Assembly (NCBI GenBank): GCA_022562795.1
Contig: JADFOP010000007.1
Coordinates: forward strand, 1-64,000
Origin: Nitrospinota bacterium
GTDB taxonomy: Bacteria > JADFOP01
DNA length: 64,000 nucleotides
Reading direction: 5' to 3'
The notes under the pieces are model-generated. The model made no database searches and was not told the DNA's origin. It was given only the letters and a program-made list of their open reading frames with translations. How positions within the stretch are numbered: position 1 is the stretch's first letter; each line of letters begins with the position of its first letter. Below, piece by piece: positions 18,981 to 28,830 of the stretch. A program made the position numbers and the translations under genes.

Positions 18981-21935
18981 TCACGTTGAGGCCGTGGCCG
19001 TATAGGGGCAGACCTCGTTGTAGGCGCAGAAGCGGCATGCCTGGAATGTGGGTGTGGCCTCGTAACGGCGGGCCCGAATGCCCCGGGCAGCCTCGTCAAT
19101 TTGCTCCTCTACCGCGGCAAGCTCCTCGTCGGTCTTCACCGCTCGGCCCACCAGGCCGCTCTCTAAAAAGTGGAACTCCACGGCATCGGACAATCGACCG
19201 AAGGCGGAGCGATAAGCCATAGCGTAGATGGAGAGCTGGAGGCTCTTAGCCGCCTGCTTGTCTGCCTTAGTCTGCTCACGGACCTGGGAGGACTTAAAAT
19301 CAATGATGACCGCCTCTTCGGGGGTCTCGTCCACCCGATCCCAGCGGCCGACGACACGTGTGGTCCCAAGCATGAAGCTGAACTCCTTTTCAACTAAGGT
19401 CGGCCTCCTGCCCCTAGCCTCCTCGTCGGCGAAGAAGCGCTGGAGAGTCCGGCGGCCCTCGTCCAGACGGAGCTCTTCGTGCTCCAGGGTCAAGAACCCC
19501 TCGCTCGACCACGCTCCCTCGAAGGCCCTGATGAGGTCGTCCGGCTCCACAGGGCGCCCCGCCGCTTTGCGGCGGTTGTATTCGGCCACGCCAGCGTGGA
19601 TTGCCGTACCGTAGGCGACCGCATGGTGCCGCAAGATAGGCACCCGTAAGATATTGACGTACTTGTACTTAAGCGGACATGTAAGGTAATCGTCGATCTG
19701 CCTGAAGCTCAGCTTGATGACCTCATCATCGGGAATCGGGCTCAGGGCCACCGGCTCTGCCGTCTCACCGGGCGCGTGCTGTTGAATGGCCTCCAAGGGA
19801 TCAACCCGGGTGACGGCGACCGTGTCGCGCGCAAGGTCGAGGGCTTCGAGAACGAAACGGCTCACCTTCCTGCGGCGCACCCCCCCGTAGTCCTCGGCGC
19901 TGGTCAAATGTAGCTCGTCCCTGGCCCTCGTCATTCCCACGTAGAAGAGGCGGCGCTCCTCTTGAATATGAAAATCCCCCTCGGGCAGGAGGTCTTTCAC
20001 CAGGGCGTCGGGCAGCGGGATGGCCTCCGAGCGCCGGGACCATGGAAAACGCCCTTCTACGAGGCTCACCAAAAAAACGACGGGAAACTCCAAGCCCTTG
20101 GCCCGATGGACGGTCAGGACGTTGACGGCGTCGGCGTCAGAGTCGGCCTCGGCTGTTGCGGGGTCATCGCCCGCTTCCATCAGAAGGTCCAGGTGTTTGA
20201 CGAACTGGGGCACCCGGTTTTCCCTGAGAACCCCTTCGGCGCTACGTACGATGTTGAAGAAGCGAGCCAGGTTGCCGAGCTCCTCCTCGGCTGAGGCGGA
20301 GGCGCGGCGGGCCAAGCGACGTATCCAGCCGCTCTCTTGGAGAAAAGCGTAAAGGACCTCGCCCGGAGACCGCCTTAGAGCGAGCTCTACGTAGCCCGAG
20401 AGGTCTTTGAGGAGTTCCGCGATCGTGGCCCTGCTCTCATGCGAGACCTCCTCCAGATTAGGCTCCGCCTCCAGCCGCTCTAAGATGGTATGGAGAGGCC
20501 GGTTGATCCGCTTCGCATAGTTCATGCACCTGGAAAGGTCTACGGCTGAGAGGCTGTAAGCCTCGGAGCTCGCCAGATAATAGAGGGCCATGGAGTCGGT
20601 CACGTCGGCCACGGCGCGAAGGAAATTGATGGCCATCCGCACCTCCGGGCGTCCATAGAGGCCCCGGGTGCCGCTAAACCGGTGCGGGATGGCCCTTGCG
20701 TTTAAGGCTCGTATGAAGGGGTCGGCGTTGTTATTGGAGCGGACGAGGATAGCGAAGTCCCTGTAGCTAAGCTCACCCCCCTCAACAGCCTCATCAATGG
20801 TGCGGGCTACGAAGTCGCTTTCGGACGAGAGGGTGTCGAAGTTGTGGTGACGGATAGCCGCCCCACCGCCCCGGCCGGCGACGATGCGTTTGTCCACCCC
20901 CTGCCTGACCTCCAGCCGGTCGGGGTCGTTGTGGCGGATGAGACGGTAGGCCCCGTCGAGGATCGGCTCGTAGGAACGATAGTTTTCGGCGAGGACGACG
21001 GTCGTGGCCTCGGGGTAGTGGTCCATGAAGCCTAGGATGTTGCTGATGGCCGCCCCGCGAAACTTGTAGATGGACTGGTCGTCGTCGCCAACGACGGTCA
21101 CGTTGCGGTGGCCCGCCGCCAGAAGCTTCACAAGCTCGAACTGGCCGTAGTTTGTATCCTGAAACTCATCTACCAGGATGTAGCGGAAGCGCTCTTGATA
21201 GGCCTGGAGCGCCGTCGGGTGCGTCCGAAGAAGTGCCAGGGGGAGGGCCACCTGGTCGCCGAAGTCTATGCACCCGGCCTCGGCCTTGAGCTCGTAATAG
21301 GCGGCGTAGGTGCGGGAGAGCTCGTCCTCGCGCCGGGCCGACTCGGCGAGGGCCTCGTCTTCGGGATTTGCGGCGCTTTGCCCGCGAAGGCCCTCAGCGT
21401 ATTCGAGGTATTCATCGGGCGAGACGTCTTCGTCGCGGCATCGGCTGAATAAGGTCACCAGGGCCTGGAGGTAACGGGTGGGGTCCCCCAGCGGCCGAAA
21501 GTAATCCAGAGGAAGCCTAAAGAGGCGTTCTTTGAGGAAGATGACCTGCTCGGCCTGCGTCATCAGGCGGACGTCGGGGGGTAGGCCGAGCTCCAGGGCG
21601 TGTTCTCGGAGCAGCCGGTCCCCAAAGGCATGGAAGGTCGAAATCGAGACGTTGGTGAAGCCGTACGGCAGCAGAACATCGACCCGCTCCTCCATCTCGG
21701 CGGCGGCCTTCTCTGTGAAGGTAAGGGCCAAAATCTCCTCTGGCCGGGCCCGCTTGGTGGCGATGAGGTGGGCGATTCGGTGCGTGATGACGCGGGTTTT
21801 GCCCGTCCCGGCCCCGGCGATGATGAGCAGCGGGCCCTCGCCGTGCGTCACCGCTTGGAGTTGGGCGTCGTTGAGATCGGCGAGGGTGCGCTCCTCGGCG
21901 GGGCTGACAGGAGCGGTCTCTTCAGCCACGTTCAT
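18981..21935 (-). CDS. UvrD/PcrA-family helicase fused to C-terminal PD-(D/E)XK nuclease
   Basis: AGAGTGKT, DEFQD, VGDDDQSIY, TVHRAKGLEF, EERRLFYV; C-terminal TCPLKY...GRWDR...IDFK...CRFC....VC; start may be GTG 21929. Confidence 0.9.
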   Translation of the reverse strand: MNVAEETAPVSPAEERTLADLNDAQLQAVTHGEGPLLIIAGAGTGKTRVITHRIAHLIATKRARPEEILALTFTEKAAAEMEERVDVLLPYGFTNVSISTFHAFGDRLLREHALELGLPPDVRLMTQAEQVIFLKERLFRLPLDYFRPLGDPTRYLQALVTLFSRCRDEDVSPDEYLEYAEGLRGQSAANPEDEALAESARREDELSRTYAAYYELKAEAGCIDFGDQVALPLALLRTHPTALQAYQERFRYILVDEFQDTNYGQFELVKLLAAGHRNVTVVGDDDQSIYKFRGAAISNILGFMDHYPEATTVVLAENYRSYEPILDGAYRLIRHNDPDRLEVRQGVDKRIVAGRGGGAAIRHHNFDTLSSESDFVARTIDEAVEGGELSYRDFAILVRSNNNADPFIRALNARAIPHRFSGTRGLYGRPEVRMAINFLRAVADVTDSMALYYLASSEAYSLSAVDLSRCMNYAKRINRPLHTILERLEAEPNLEEVSHESRATIAELLKDLSGYVELALRRSPGEVLYAFLQESGWIRRLARRASASAEEELGNLARFFNIVRSAEGVLRENRVPQFVKHLDLLMEAGDDPATAEADSDADAVNVLTVHRAKGLEFPVVFLVSLVEGRFPWSRRSEAIPLPDALVKDLLPEGDFHIQEERRLFYVGMTRARDELHLTSAEDYGGVRRRKVSRFVLEALDLARDTVAVTRVDPLEAIQQHAPGETAEPVALSPIPDDEVIKLSFRQIDDYLTCPLKYKYVNILRVPILRHHAVAYGTAIHAGVAEYNRRKAAGRPVEPDDLIRAFEGAWSSEGFLTLEHEELRLDEGRRTLQRFFADEEARGRRPTLVEKEFSFMLGTTRVVGRWDRVDETPEEAVIIDFKSSQVREQTKADKQAAKSLQLSIYAMAYRSAFGRLSDAVEFHFLESGLVGRAVKTDEELAAVEEQIDEAARGIRARRYEATPTFQACRFCAYNEVCPYTATAST

Positions 21936-21939
21936 TTCC

Positions 21940-22521
21940 TTACCGCTTGGACACATATGGGCTCTCCGCCAGATAGCACCGCCAGGGCCTCTCCGTGGCG
22001 TGGCGGATGCCGATGCGGCCCGTCCATACGACCTCAGCCTCCGTTGGGGGGCGATCCTGGTAGATGTAAATAGGCCCCGCCGCGAGGTCGGAGCCGTTTT
22101 GAGCCTTGGTGATGCCGAATGCCTGAGTGAGGCGGGCCGGGCCGCTGGTCAGCAGACGGACGTTTTTTGCGCTGCCGCGGCGGGCCGCCATGAGCTCCAG
22201 GCCCTCCAGGGGCTCGACCGCCCGAATGAGAACCGCCGCCGGAAAACCCTCTGGCTCGGTTACGGCATTTAGAAGGTAGTGCATTCCGTAGGTGAAGTAG
22301 ACGTAGGCAAGCCCGGGCGGGCCGTACATGATTCCGTTTCTGGCCGTCCGGCCACGGGAGGCGTGGCAGGCGGGATCGTCCTCGCCTATATAGGCCTCGC
22401 ACTCAACGATGCGTCCGGACACCCTCCCCTCCTCCGTCTCATGGACGAGAACCGACCCCAAGAGCCCCTCGGCCACCTTGAGAGTCTCCCCCTGGTAAAA
22501 GGAGCTAGACAATTGCTTCAT
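21940..22521 (-). CDS. DNA-3-methyladenine glycosylase (MPG/AAG family)
   Basis: [39 protein letters not shown]. Confidence 0.92.
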   Translation of the reverse strand: MKQLSSSFYQGETLKVAEGLLGSVLVHETEEGRVSGRIVECEAYIGEDDPACHASRGRTARNGIMYGPPGLAYVYFTYGMHYLLNAVTEPEGFPAAVLIRAVEPLEGLELMAARRGSAKNVRLLTSGPARLTQAFGITKAQNGSDLAAGPIYIYQDRPPTEAEVVWTGRIGIRHATERPWRCYLAESPYVSKR

Positions 22522-22693
22522 GCGAGATAATCCAGCGACTGCCGGAGGCAATGTAAACCAGCGAGCCGCAAGCTGGCCCCCGCCTAGAGGAACATCTGCT
22601 CATCGGATAGCCTGTCGCTAACTATAAGTATTTTCAAAATCTTACCACCTATTTTTTCGTAGATTCCTTGAAGCGCTGGCGTCTCCCCCACAA

Positions 22694-23269
22694 TCAGGCC
22701 AGCGGCTCGTAAACGAACTGCCGGCCTCCTTCCTCGAGATGAGCCTCCCGGCGGGCCATAATACGCAGCTTGTAGCCGTTGAAAAGCCGAGTGGAGGCCG
22801 TAGTAAGCTCGATCCCCTCAAGGGTCGCCAGGTGGCGGGCCGTCAAAGAACCACGTTCATGGAGATTCCGGAGCGTCTCCAGCAGATAGGGCTGAAGAAC
22901 GCCTACGAGCCCCAGCTTCCCGCCGTCGAAAACCTCCACGATACATAGCCTTTTGCGCTCAAGAGCGACTTCGATGTTCTCCCGCTTGGTGAGATCCAAG
23001 CCCTGCAGGCGAAGGAACTTCTCACCGTATTCCTGGCCCTGGAGTCGAGTGATGAGCTTGGCGACGACCTCATCTGCACAGGAATAGTCAATGATACCCA
23101 CCGCTGAGAAGTCGAGGGTCACCATCGTGCGTGGCCCCAGGCTTCGCAGGCGCTCCTCAATCATCTCCCGCACCGAACGACCCGTCTGCCGGGTTACAAG
23201 ATTGTTAGAGGCGCCTTGTTCCTGGGAGAGCTTGCCCAGGTCGATGTCTACGCTAATCAGGGCCGACAA
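22694..23269 (-). CDS. hypothetical protein, STAS-like N-terminal part plus probable winged HTH
   Basis: LDFSAVGIIDYSCADEVVAKL (STAS-like) and LTARHLA...TTASTRL...Y (wHTH-like); GGAG RBS. Confidence 0.6.
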   Translation of the reverse strand: MSALISVDIDLGKLSQEQGASNNLVTRQTGRSVREMIEERLRSLGPRTMVTLDFSAVGIIDYSCADEVVAKLITRLQGQEYGEKFLRLQGLDLTKRENIEVALERKRLCIVEVFDGGKLGLVGVLQPYLLETLRNLHERGSLTARHLATLEGIELTTASTRLFNGYKLRIMARREAHLEEGGRQFVYEPLA

Positions 23270-23601
23270 TATTTAATATTCTCCATTGAGTTATATGCTA
23301 CAATGTTTTGTATTATATATGAATACCACGATTACTATAGATGGTTTCAACGTTTTCAATTGAAACCGTTTCCCATTCTAGAGGGTCCCTATTTATATGT
23401 CAAGGGAAGAAATGAAAAAAGTTCGTCTAAATTATGAAAAGCGGAAAAATCGTACCAATCACAGCTTAGTGGAGGGGATGATTATGAAAATGCGGCCTAC
23501 CGGTTGGTGTCAGACCTCGGAGGCAATGGGAGTGCGGGCCCGAGGCGGTGTGACCCAGAGCTCAGCCCTTCTCGCCCTGCCGCCGCCTCTTGTCACCTCC
23601 G

Positions 23602-24072
23602 CTAATCGACCCCAGGTCCTACACCGCTTAAGTCGAGGGCCGTCTCCTCCTTGACCGTTCCCAAGACGACATAGGTCCGGGTGCCCGTGACCCCTTCGAT
23701 GGAGCGAATATGGTTGGAGATGACCTCGCCGAGCGAGTCGGTGTCGCAAGTTCGGACTTTAAGGAGGTAAGAGTACTCCCCGGTGATGTGGTGGCATTCC
23801 AGGACCTCGGCCAGGCCCTCGATCGCCTCAATGAATCTCTGGGCGTAAGTGGGCTGGGAAATCATCACACTAATAAAGGCTGTGGTATCCCTATGGACCA
23901 ATTTGGGGTCTAGGAGCGCCACGTAGCGCTTGATGTACCCCTTCTGGGTAAGCTTTTTAATTCTTTCGGAGACGGATGGAGCGGATAGACCGACCGATTG
24001 TGCAATGTCGAGGTTCGTCCGGCGCCCATCTTGCTGGAGAATCTCGAGAATCTGGCGATCGATTCGGTCCAT
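23602..24072 (-). CDS. Lrp/AsnC family transcriptional regulator
   Basis: MDRIDRQILEILQQDGR, VGLSAPSVSERIKKL, ECHHITGEYSYLLKV. Confidence 0.93.
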   Translation of the reverse strand: MDRIDRQILEILQQDGRRTNLDIAQSVGLSAPSVSERIKKLTQKGYIKRYVALLDPKLVHRDTTAFISVMISQPTYAQRFIEAIEGLAEVLECHHITGEYSYLLKVRTCDTDSLGEVISNHIRSIEGVTGTRTYVVLGTVKEETALDLSGVGPGVD

Positions 24073-24137
24073 GAGCAAATACCCCATGGAGTAAATGTCG
24101 TACAATCAAAGATGATAGTCAGAAAATGCAATTCAAA

Positions 24138-24166
24138 TTAATAGAGCATTTGCTGAAGAATGTCAA
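24138..24166 (-). promoter_or_regulatory. sigma70-like promoter of Lrp/AsnC gene
   Basis: TTGACA-17 nt-TATTAA on minus strand. Confidence 0.55.
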
Positions 24167-24254
24167 GGGATGGAGTACGAATAAGGTAAAAATGGCGAAT
24201 AAAAAAAACCGATAGGCTCAAATTACCAAAAAATGTTAGCCCATAGAGGGGCTC

Positions 24255-25118
24255 TCACTTATCGCCTCGCCGGCGCGAACGTCGGCCCCCGGTGGGCCAC
24301 TCCCCCGTGAAGACCTCCTCTGCGGGCCCCGTCATGTAGACGTGGTCGTCCTCTGCCCACTCAAGCTCCAGGTAACCTCCAAGTAGGTTTACGTTGACGG
24401 CCCGCTCGGTCTTTCCCGTCAATGCCCCGGCCACGCAGACGGCGCTCGCCCCCGTGCCGCAGGCAAGCGTCTCACCGGCTCCCCGTTCCCATGTGCGCAT
24501 TGAGACTTCGCCCCGGGAGAGGACCTGGACGAACTCGGTATTGGTCCGCTGCGGGAAGCGACGGTGGCTCTCGATCTTCGGCCCGACTTCGGCCACCGGG
24601 AACTCATCCACCTCGTCTACGAAGATGACGCAATGTGGATTGCCCATGGAAAGCGCTGTAATTTCATACGTTACGCCATCGACGGCCAACGGCTCCCCCA
24701 CGACTCGCCCGGCCCGGCCCCGCATGGGAATCTGACGCCGATCCAGCCCCGGGCTACCCATATCGACCCTCACTTTCCGCCATTTTCCGTTTATGACGGT
24801 ATTTTCGAGGGCGTGGACGCCGGCTTTGCTCTCCACCGTAATAACTCTCTCGCGGGCCAGACCGTGCTCATAGGCGTATTTGGCGAGGCACCTGATGCCG
24901 TTTCCGCACATTTCGGCCTCCGAGCCGTCTGCGTTGAACATCCTCATCCTAAGGTCGGCCCGCTTCGAGGGCAGAATGAGAATGAGCCCGTCGCCGCCTA
25001 CCCCAAAGTGTCGATCGCTCATCCGGCGGGCCAGTCTCGCGGGATTTGCCACCCGCTCGTTGAGGCCGTCAATGAAGATGTAATCGTTCCCTAAGCCGTG
25101 CATTTTGGTGAAACGCAT
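24255..25118 (-). CDS. dapF: diaminopimelate epimerase
   Basis: FTKMHGLGND, EMCGNGIRC, MGNPH, ERGAGETLACGTG. Confidence 0.97.
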   Translation of the reverse strand: MRFTKMHGLGNDYIFIDGLNERVANPARLARRMSDRHFGVGGDGLILILPSKRADLRMRMFNADGSEAEMCGNGIRCLAKYAYEHGLARERVITVESKAGVHALENTVINGKWRKVRVDMGSPGLDRRQIPMRGRAGRVVGEPLAVDGVTYEITALSMGNPHCVIFVDEVDEFPVAEVGPKIESHRRFPQRTNTEFVQVLSRGEVSMRTWERGAGETLACGTGASAVCVAGALTGKTERAVNVNLLGGYLELEWAEDDHVYMTGPAEEVFTGEWPTGGRRSRRRGDK

Positions 25119-25132
25119 TCGTATTCTACTCC

Positions 25133-26212
25133 TTAGTCGGAACCCTCCGCTTTCGATACGGCCCCGCCGAAGATGTCGAGGTATTGCAGACCGTCAGGAT
25201 GGCCCAGGATGATGTCGACCCCGACATTCCGGAAAACGGCCGAGGCCCATTTGTACTCCTCTAGCGTTTGGGCCGTCCCGATAGCGAGGAATGGAACTGT
25301 AGCATCGGCCGCCCTTGCCGCCAGGAGGTCGTCGGGGGTATCGCCAACGTAGGCAGCCCTGACCGGCCGCCCCTCAGCGATTCGCCGGACCGCCTCCAGG
25401 AGGCTCCAGGGATGGGGCTTGCTCAACCGCTCAGGCTCGCCCCCCTTGTCGCGCTCGGCCGCCTCGGCCTGGAGCACGTCCTCGTCGTCCACAACCGTGG
25501 AGAAGTAATCAGCGATTTCGTGCCTACTAAGAGCGTGGGCGGCCTCGGCACGGGGACGTCCTGTCGCGATACCGAGAGGCACTTGTGAAGCCAGACGCTC
25601 CAGAACGGAGCGGTCGATGAGGAGCTCCTCGCGCTCGATGAGCCCCGGTTCCTTAAGGACCAGAGGCGCCTCGCCGTATGTAGTCTCAAAAAGCTCCGGG
25701 CCCAGATACATCTCTTGGAAGAGCCGCATGATGACGTTTCCCTCGGTCAGGGATCCAAATGCGACGGGAAAGAGCTCCTCGGAGAGGGCGGCGGCGGCTA
25801 GGGCAGAGGCAAGCCCACCAGCGTCCTCAGACACCTGCTCGGCCAGGCCCATGAGGTCCGCACGGCGGGCGAGCTCCTCAACGCCCACACCCTGGAGGGG
25901 CCCCCACTCGCCTAAGATCTCCAAGTACGAGGCCATCCCCCCTGAATCGGGGTGCGGGGGCAAGGGCTCAGGTAAACTCGCGGCGAACGCCGCCGTCACT
26001 GCAGCCGTACACTCCCAGTCATTGTTGAGCCCACCCGCCAACTTGAAGGCATCCACCTCCTCGGGGCTTACTAGCTCTTCCTCCATCGGCTTGAGCCGAC
26101 AGATAACCTCGAAGAAGACCTGGGGCACACGTCGGATGGCTTCCCGGTAGCTTCCCGAAACATCCACCAGAACACCGTCCATGTCGAAAATGAGGACATC
26201 TATCTTGGTCAT
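25133..26212 (-). CDS. HAD-superfamily hydrolase
   Basis: FDMDGVLVD, NNDW, ATGRP, KPHP, YVGDTPDD. Confidence 0.85.
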   Translation of the reverse strand: MTKIDVLIFDMDGVLVDVSGSYREAIRRVPQVFFEVICRLKPMEEELVSPEEVDAFKLAGGLNNDWECTAAVTAAFAASLPEPLPPHPDSGGMASYLEILGEWGPLQGVGVEELARRADLMGLAEQVSEDAGGLASALAAAALSEELFPVAFGSLTEGNVIMRLFQEMYLGPELFETTYGEAPLVLKEPGLIEREELLIDRSVLERLASQVPLGIATGRPRAEAAHALSRHEIADYFSTVVDDEDVLQAEAAERDKGGEPERLSKPHPWSLLEAVRRIAEGRPVRAAYVGDTPDDLLAARAADATVPFLAIGTAQTLEEYKWASAVFRNVGVDIILGHPDGLQYLDIFGGAVSKAEGSD

Positions 26213-26485
26213 GAGAGCGCCCCTGGCTTTAGGATCACCCGATTAAGAAACCGGGGCATTTTAGCGCGGTGGGCAACCCAACGCAACGGCTCCGAGGAGG
26301 AAAGCGAGTTTATGGCGTCAGCGCTCTGGAGGAGGGCTTGCCTGCGCCTTTAAAACTTCAAAGGTTAGATTATTGTGTTGTATATAAATTTATACATATT
26401 TAGTGATGTATATTTACAATTATCAATTGGACCTATATATTAATTCGCGATTATATACTTGACACAAGGCCCACTATGACCTATA

Positions 26486-26623
26486 TTATACTTTAGGAGG
26501 CTTATCACGATGCTTTTCATCCATAACCTCTCGGACCTTTTTAATGACCTTCTTAGGGAAAAGGCTCTCCATGAGCTCCTCCGTGGTCATTTCGTCGGCC
26601 CGCTTTTTTTTCTTCTTACTCAT
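26486..26623 (-). CDS. small basic hypothetical protein inside IS (45 aa, below ORF-track cutoff)
   Basis: Translated by hand: MSKKKKKRADEMTTEELMESLFPKKVIKKVREVMDEKHRDKPPKV*; starts 8 nt after the stop of the upstream small ORF. Confidence 0.5.
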   Translation of the reverse strand: MSKKKKKRADEMTTEELMESLFPKKVIKKVREVMDEKHRDKPPKV

Positions 26624-26631
26624 ACCGGCAG

Positions 26632-26781
26632 CTATTTCCAAAAGGCGAGATATTCAATGACCAACATTGCCCACCCGCCTACGATGAATATCAATGTGTC
26701 TTTTGTGTCCCAAGGAAATGTGGTGAAATAGACATAGAGACTAACAAGGCCCATGAATATTAGGAAAGTTAGAAAGTGCAT
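26632..26781 (-). CDS. small two-helix membrane protein inside IS (49 aa)
   Basis: MHFLTFLIFMGLVSLYVYF...LIFIVGGWAMLVIEYLAFWK; GGAG RBS; divergent from transposase. Confidence 0.45.
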   Translation of the reverse strand: MHFLTFLIFMGLVSLYVYFTTFPWDTKDTLIFIVGGWAMLVIEYLAFWK

Positions 26782-26817
26782 ATTTAGGCTCCCAATGAAG
26801 GGAAAGGAGTCCTCGCT

Positions 26818-27738
26818 ATGAGCAAAGAGGCCAAATTCAAAAAGCCCGAAATAAACCTCGTTGAACTCATCGAGCAATACCAGGATGAGGATAAGTGTCG
26901 TGCCGCCCTTGAAAGTCTACGCTGGCCCGACGGTGTTGAGTGTCCACGGTGTCACCACAAGGGAATCTCAAAAGTAAAGAAGCGCGGACAGTTCGATTGT
27001 AACTCATGCCGCTACCAATTCTCTGTAACGGCAGGCACCATCTTTCACGATAGTCACCTGCCCCTGTGGAAGTGGTTTCTCACGATCTACATGATGATTG
27101 AGTCCAAAAAGGGTGTCTCTGCCAATCAAGTCAAGCGAACCATCGGAGTCTCGTACAAGACCGCGTGGTATCTCTGCCAACGAATCCGCAATGCCATGAC
27201 TGAACCCGACCCCCCGAAGCTGAGGGGCATCGTTGAGGTAGATGAAACGTGGGTAGGCGGCAAGAGAAAGGGCGTCGGGCATGGGTATAAGGGGAACAAG
27301 ACCGTCGTTGTCGGGGTAGCTCAACGTGGCGGCAAGGTGAGGCTCCAGGTCGTCCATGCAAGGGACAGAAAGACCCTTCACAAGTTCATTAAAGAGCATA
27401 CCGCGCCCGATACCGAAGCCATCTACACCGACGACTGGCCACCCTACAGGGGAATAGCAGACCATGACACAAGGCATGAGACCGTCACTCACCGGAAAGA
27501 GGAATGGGTTAGAGATGATGTCCATACTAACTCCATCGAAAACGTTTGGAGCCTCTTGAAGCGTTCCATTATGGGTACTTACCACAAAATCAGCGCAAAA
27601 CATCTTGACGCTTACCTCGACGAGCTTGAGTGGCGGTTCAATAACCGAGACAATCCATACCTTTTCCGGGATACGCTGCGTAAACTCATTGGAGCCAACA
27701 ACCTCACCTACAAGAAATTGGTGGAACAACAAAACTAA
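26818..27738 (+). CDS. IS1595-family DDE transposase
   Basis: RWPDGVECPRC Zn ribbon, FSVTAGTIF, VEVDET, IYTDDW, HTNSIENVWS, YLDELEWRFN. Confidence 0.95.
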   Translation: MSKEAKFKKPEINLVELIEQYQDEDKCRAALESLRWPDGVECPRCHHKGISKVKKRGQFDCNSCRYQFSVTAGTIFHDSHLPLWKWFLTIYMMIESKKGVSANQVKRTIGVSYKTAWYLCQRIRNAMTEPDPPKLRGIVEVDETWVGGKRKGVGHGYKGNKTVVVGVAQRGGKVRLQVVHARDRKTLHKFIKEHTAPDTEAIYTDDWPPYRGIADHDTRHETVTHRKEEWVRDDVHTNSIENVWSLLKRSIMGTYHKISAKHLDAYLDELEWRFNNRDNPYLFRDTLRKLIGANNLTYKKLVEQQN

Positions 27739-27983
27739 TCTTCTAGCTCAATTTCAAACTCAGTTATCATTTTCTTATCTTGATGAAGATGTCCAAAGGC
27801 GTCTCCCAGGAGAGATAATCCCTCATAAACATAATCCGGATATTCTTTCTTACAAGCAGGACATTCAACTATTTTTACATATTTGTCTAGGTCATATTGT
27901 ATCCGTGTCTTACAGTACGGACAGGAAATATCTACGGTTTTAATTTCATAAAGTCCTATGCGGATTGTCTTTCTAACCATCAT
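27735..27983 (-). CDS. small Zn-ribbon-like passenger protein
   Basis: CPYC...CPAC pair; GGGGAGGA RBS. Confidence 0.6.
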   Translation of the reverse strand: MMVRKTIRIGLYEIKTVDISCPYCKTRIQYDLDKYVKIVECPACKKEYPDYVYEGLSLLGDAFGHLHQDKKMITEFEIELED

Positions 27984-28002
27984 AAATCTTCCTCCCCCAA
28001 GC

Positions 28003-28830
28003 TCATTGGCTCTGAGAACCCTCCATATCAGGAGGCAACGGATAAATAGGAATATCTTGGTCTATTCCTATATGCTCAACACGAAAACGGAGTCTATACA
28101 AATCCGAATATTGAACAATTTTATTGAGTTGGTATCTAAGCCTATAATCCTTCCTTCCCCATTCTTTAAATTGTTCTCCATCAGCAAATGGTTGGCCTGT
28201 AATCTCTACTCCCCTTCCTAACCATTGTACCATTTGTCTATAATTATCAAACAAATCTCCGAATAGGTTTTGTAATTGCTCTGAATCAAGCTTTAGCTTG
28301 CTATCTGGCCTTAAGGCACGAACCAAATTGTTGTGAGCTTTCCTAGCCTGTGGAATAAGATTCTCTTTAAGAAATACTCCAATATTGTGTTTAGCAATGT
28401 CATTATCACTATGGAGCACCATTGCGGTTTTTTCCAGATATTTATCTGTTTGCGTAAATGCTGGCCTGGCAAAATCTTTGTATATATTCCACAGTTTATC
28501 CTTGGCTGGTCTAACAAGCTCTTCTGCAATTTTTTCCCTCACGGGTTCTTCTGCCTTTTCAGCTTCTCCTAATTCTAAAAATACCTCTCCCTGTCGAATT
28601 AGCTCAGGCTTCTCAGTTTTTAAGGCCTGGAGTTCCCTTTGTTGTCCTAATACAAGTCCGATAACCGAAGCAAAAAATATTCCCAGACCAATAGCGACTT
28701 GAATCTTTAAGGGGAGACCAAGAGAGAAAACACCCCAAGCGTCCATGACTATTGACCCAACCGTCCAGATTGGGCCAATGACCAGGCCCGCCTGCAAAAG
28801 CAGTCTACGGATTGTTCTAAGCTTTCCCAC
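28003..28830 (-). CDS. hypothetical passenger protein with two N-terminal TM segments
   Basis: 275-aa ORF in AT-rich DNA; hydrophobic N-terminus then charged helical region. Confidence 0.7.
   Translation of the reverse strand: MGKLRTIRRLLLQAGLVIGPIWTVGSIVMDAWGVFSLGLPLKIQVAIGLGIFFASVIGLVLGQQRELQALKTEKPELIRQGEVFLELGEAEKAEEPVREKIAEELVRPAKDKLWNIYKDFARPAFTQTDKYLEKTAMVLHSDNDIAKHNIGVFLKENLIPQARKAHNNLVRALRPDSKLKLDSEQLQNLFGDLFDNYRQMVQWLGRGVEITGQPFADGEQFKEWGRKDYRLRYQLNKIVQYSDLYRLRFRVEHIGIDQDIPIYPLPPDMEGSQSQ

Noticed and set aside
26510-26731. 73-aa + strand ORF with AGGAGG inside the IS
   Set aside because: No protein-like features and overlaps two more plausible minus-strand peptides; not fully excluded
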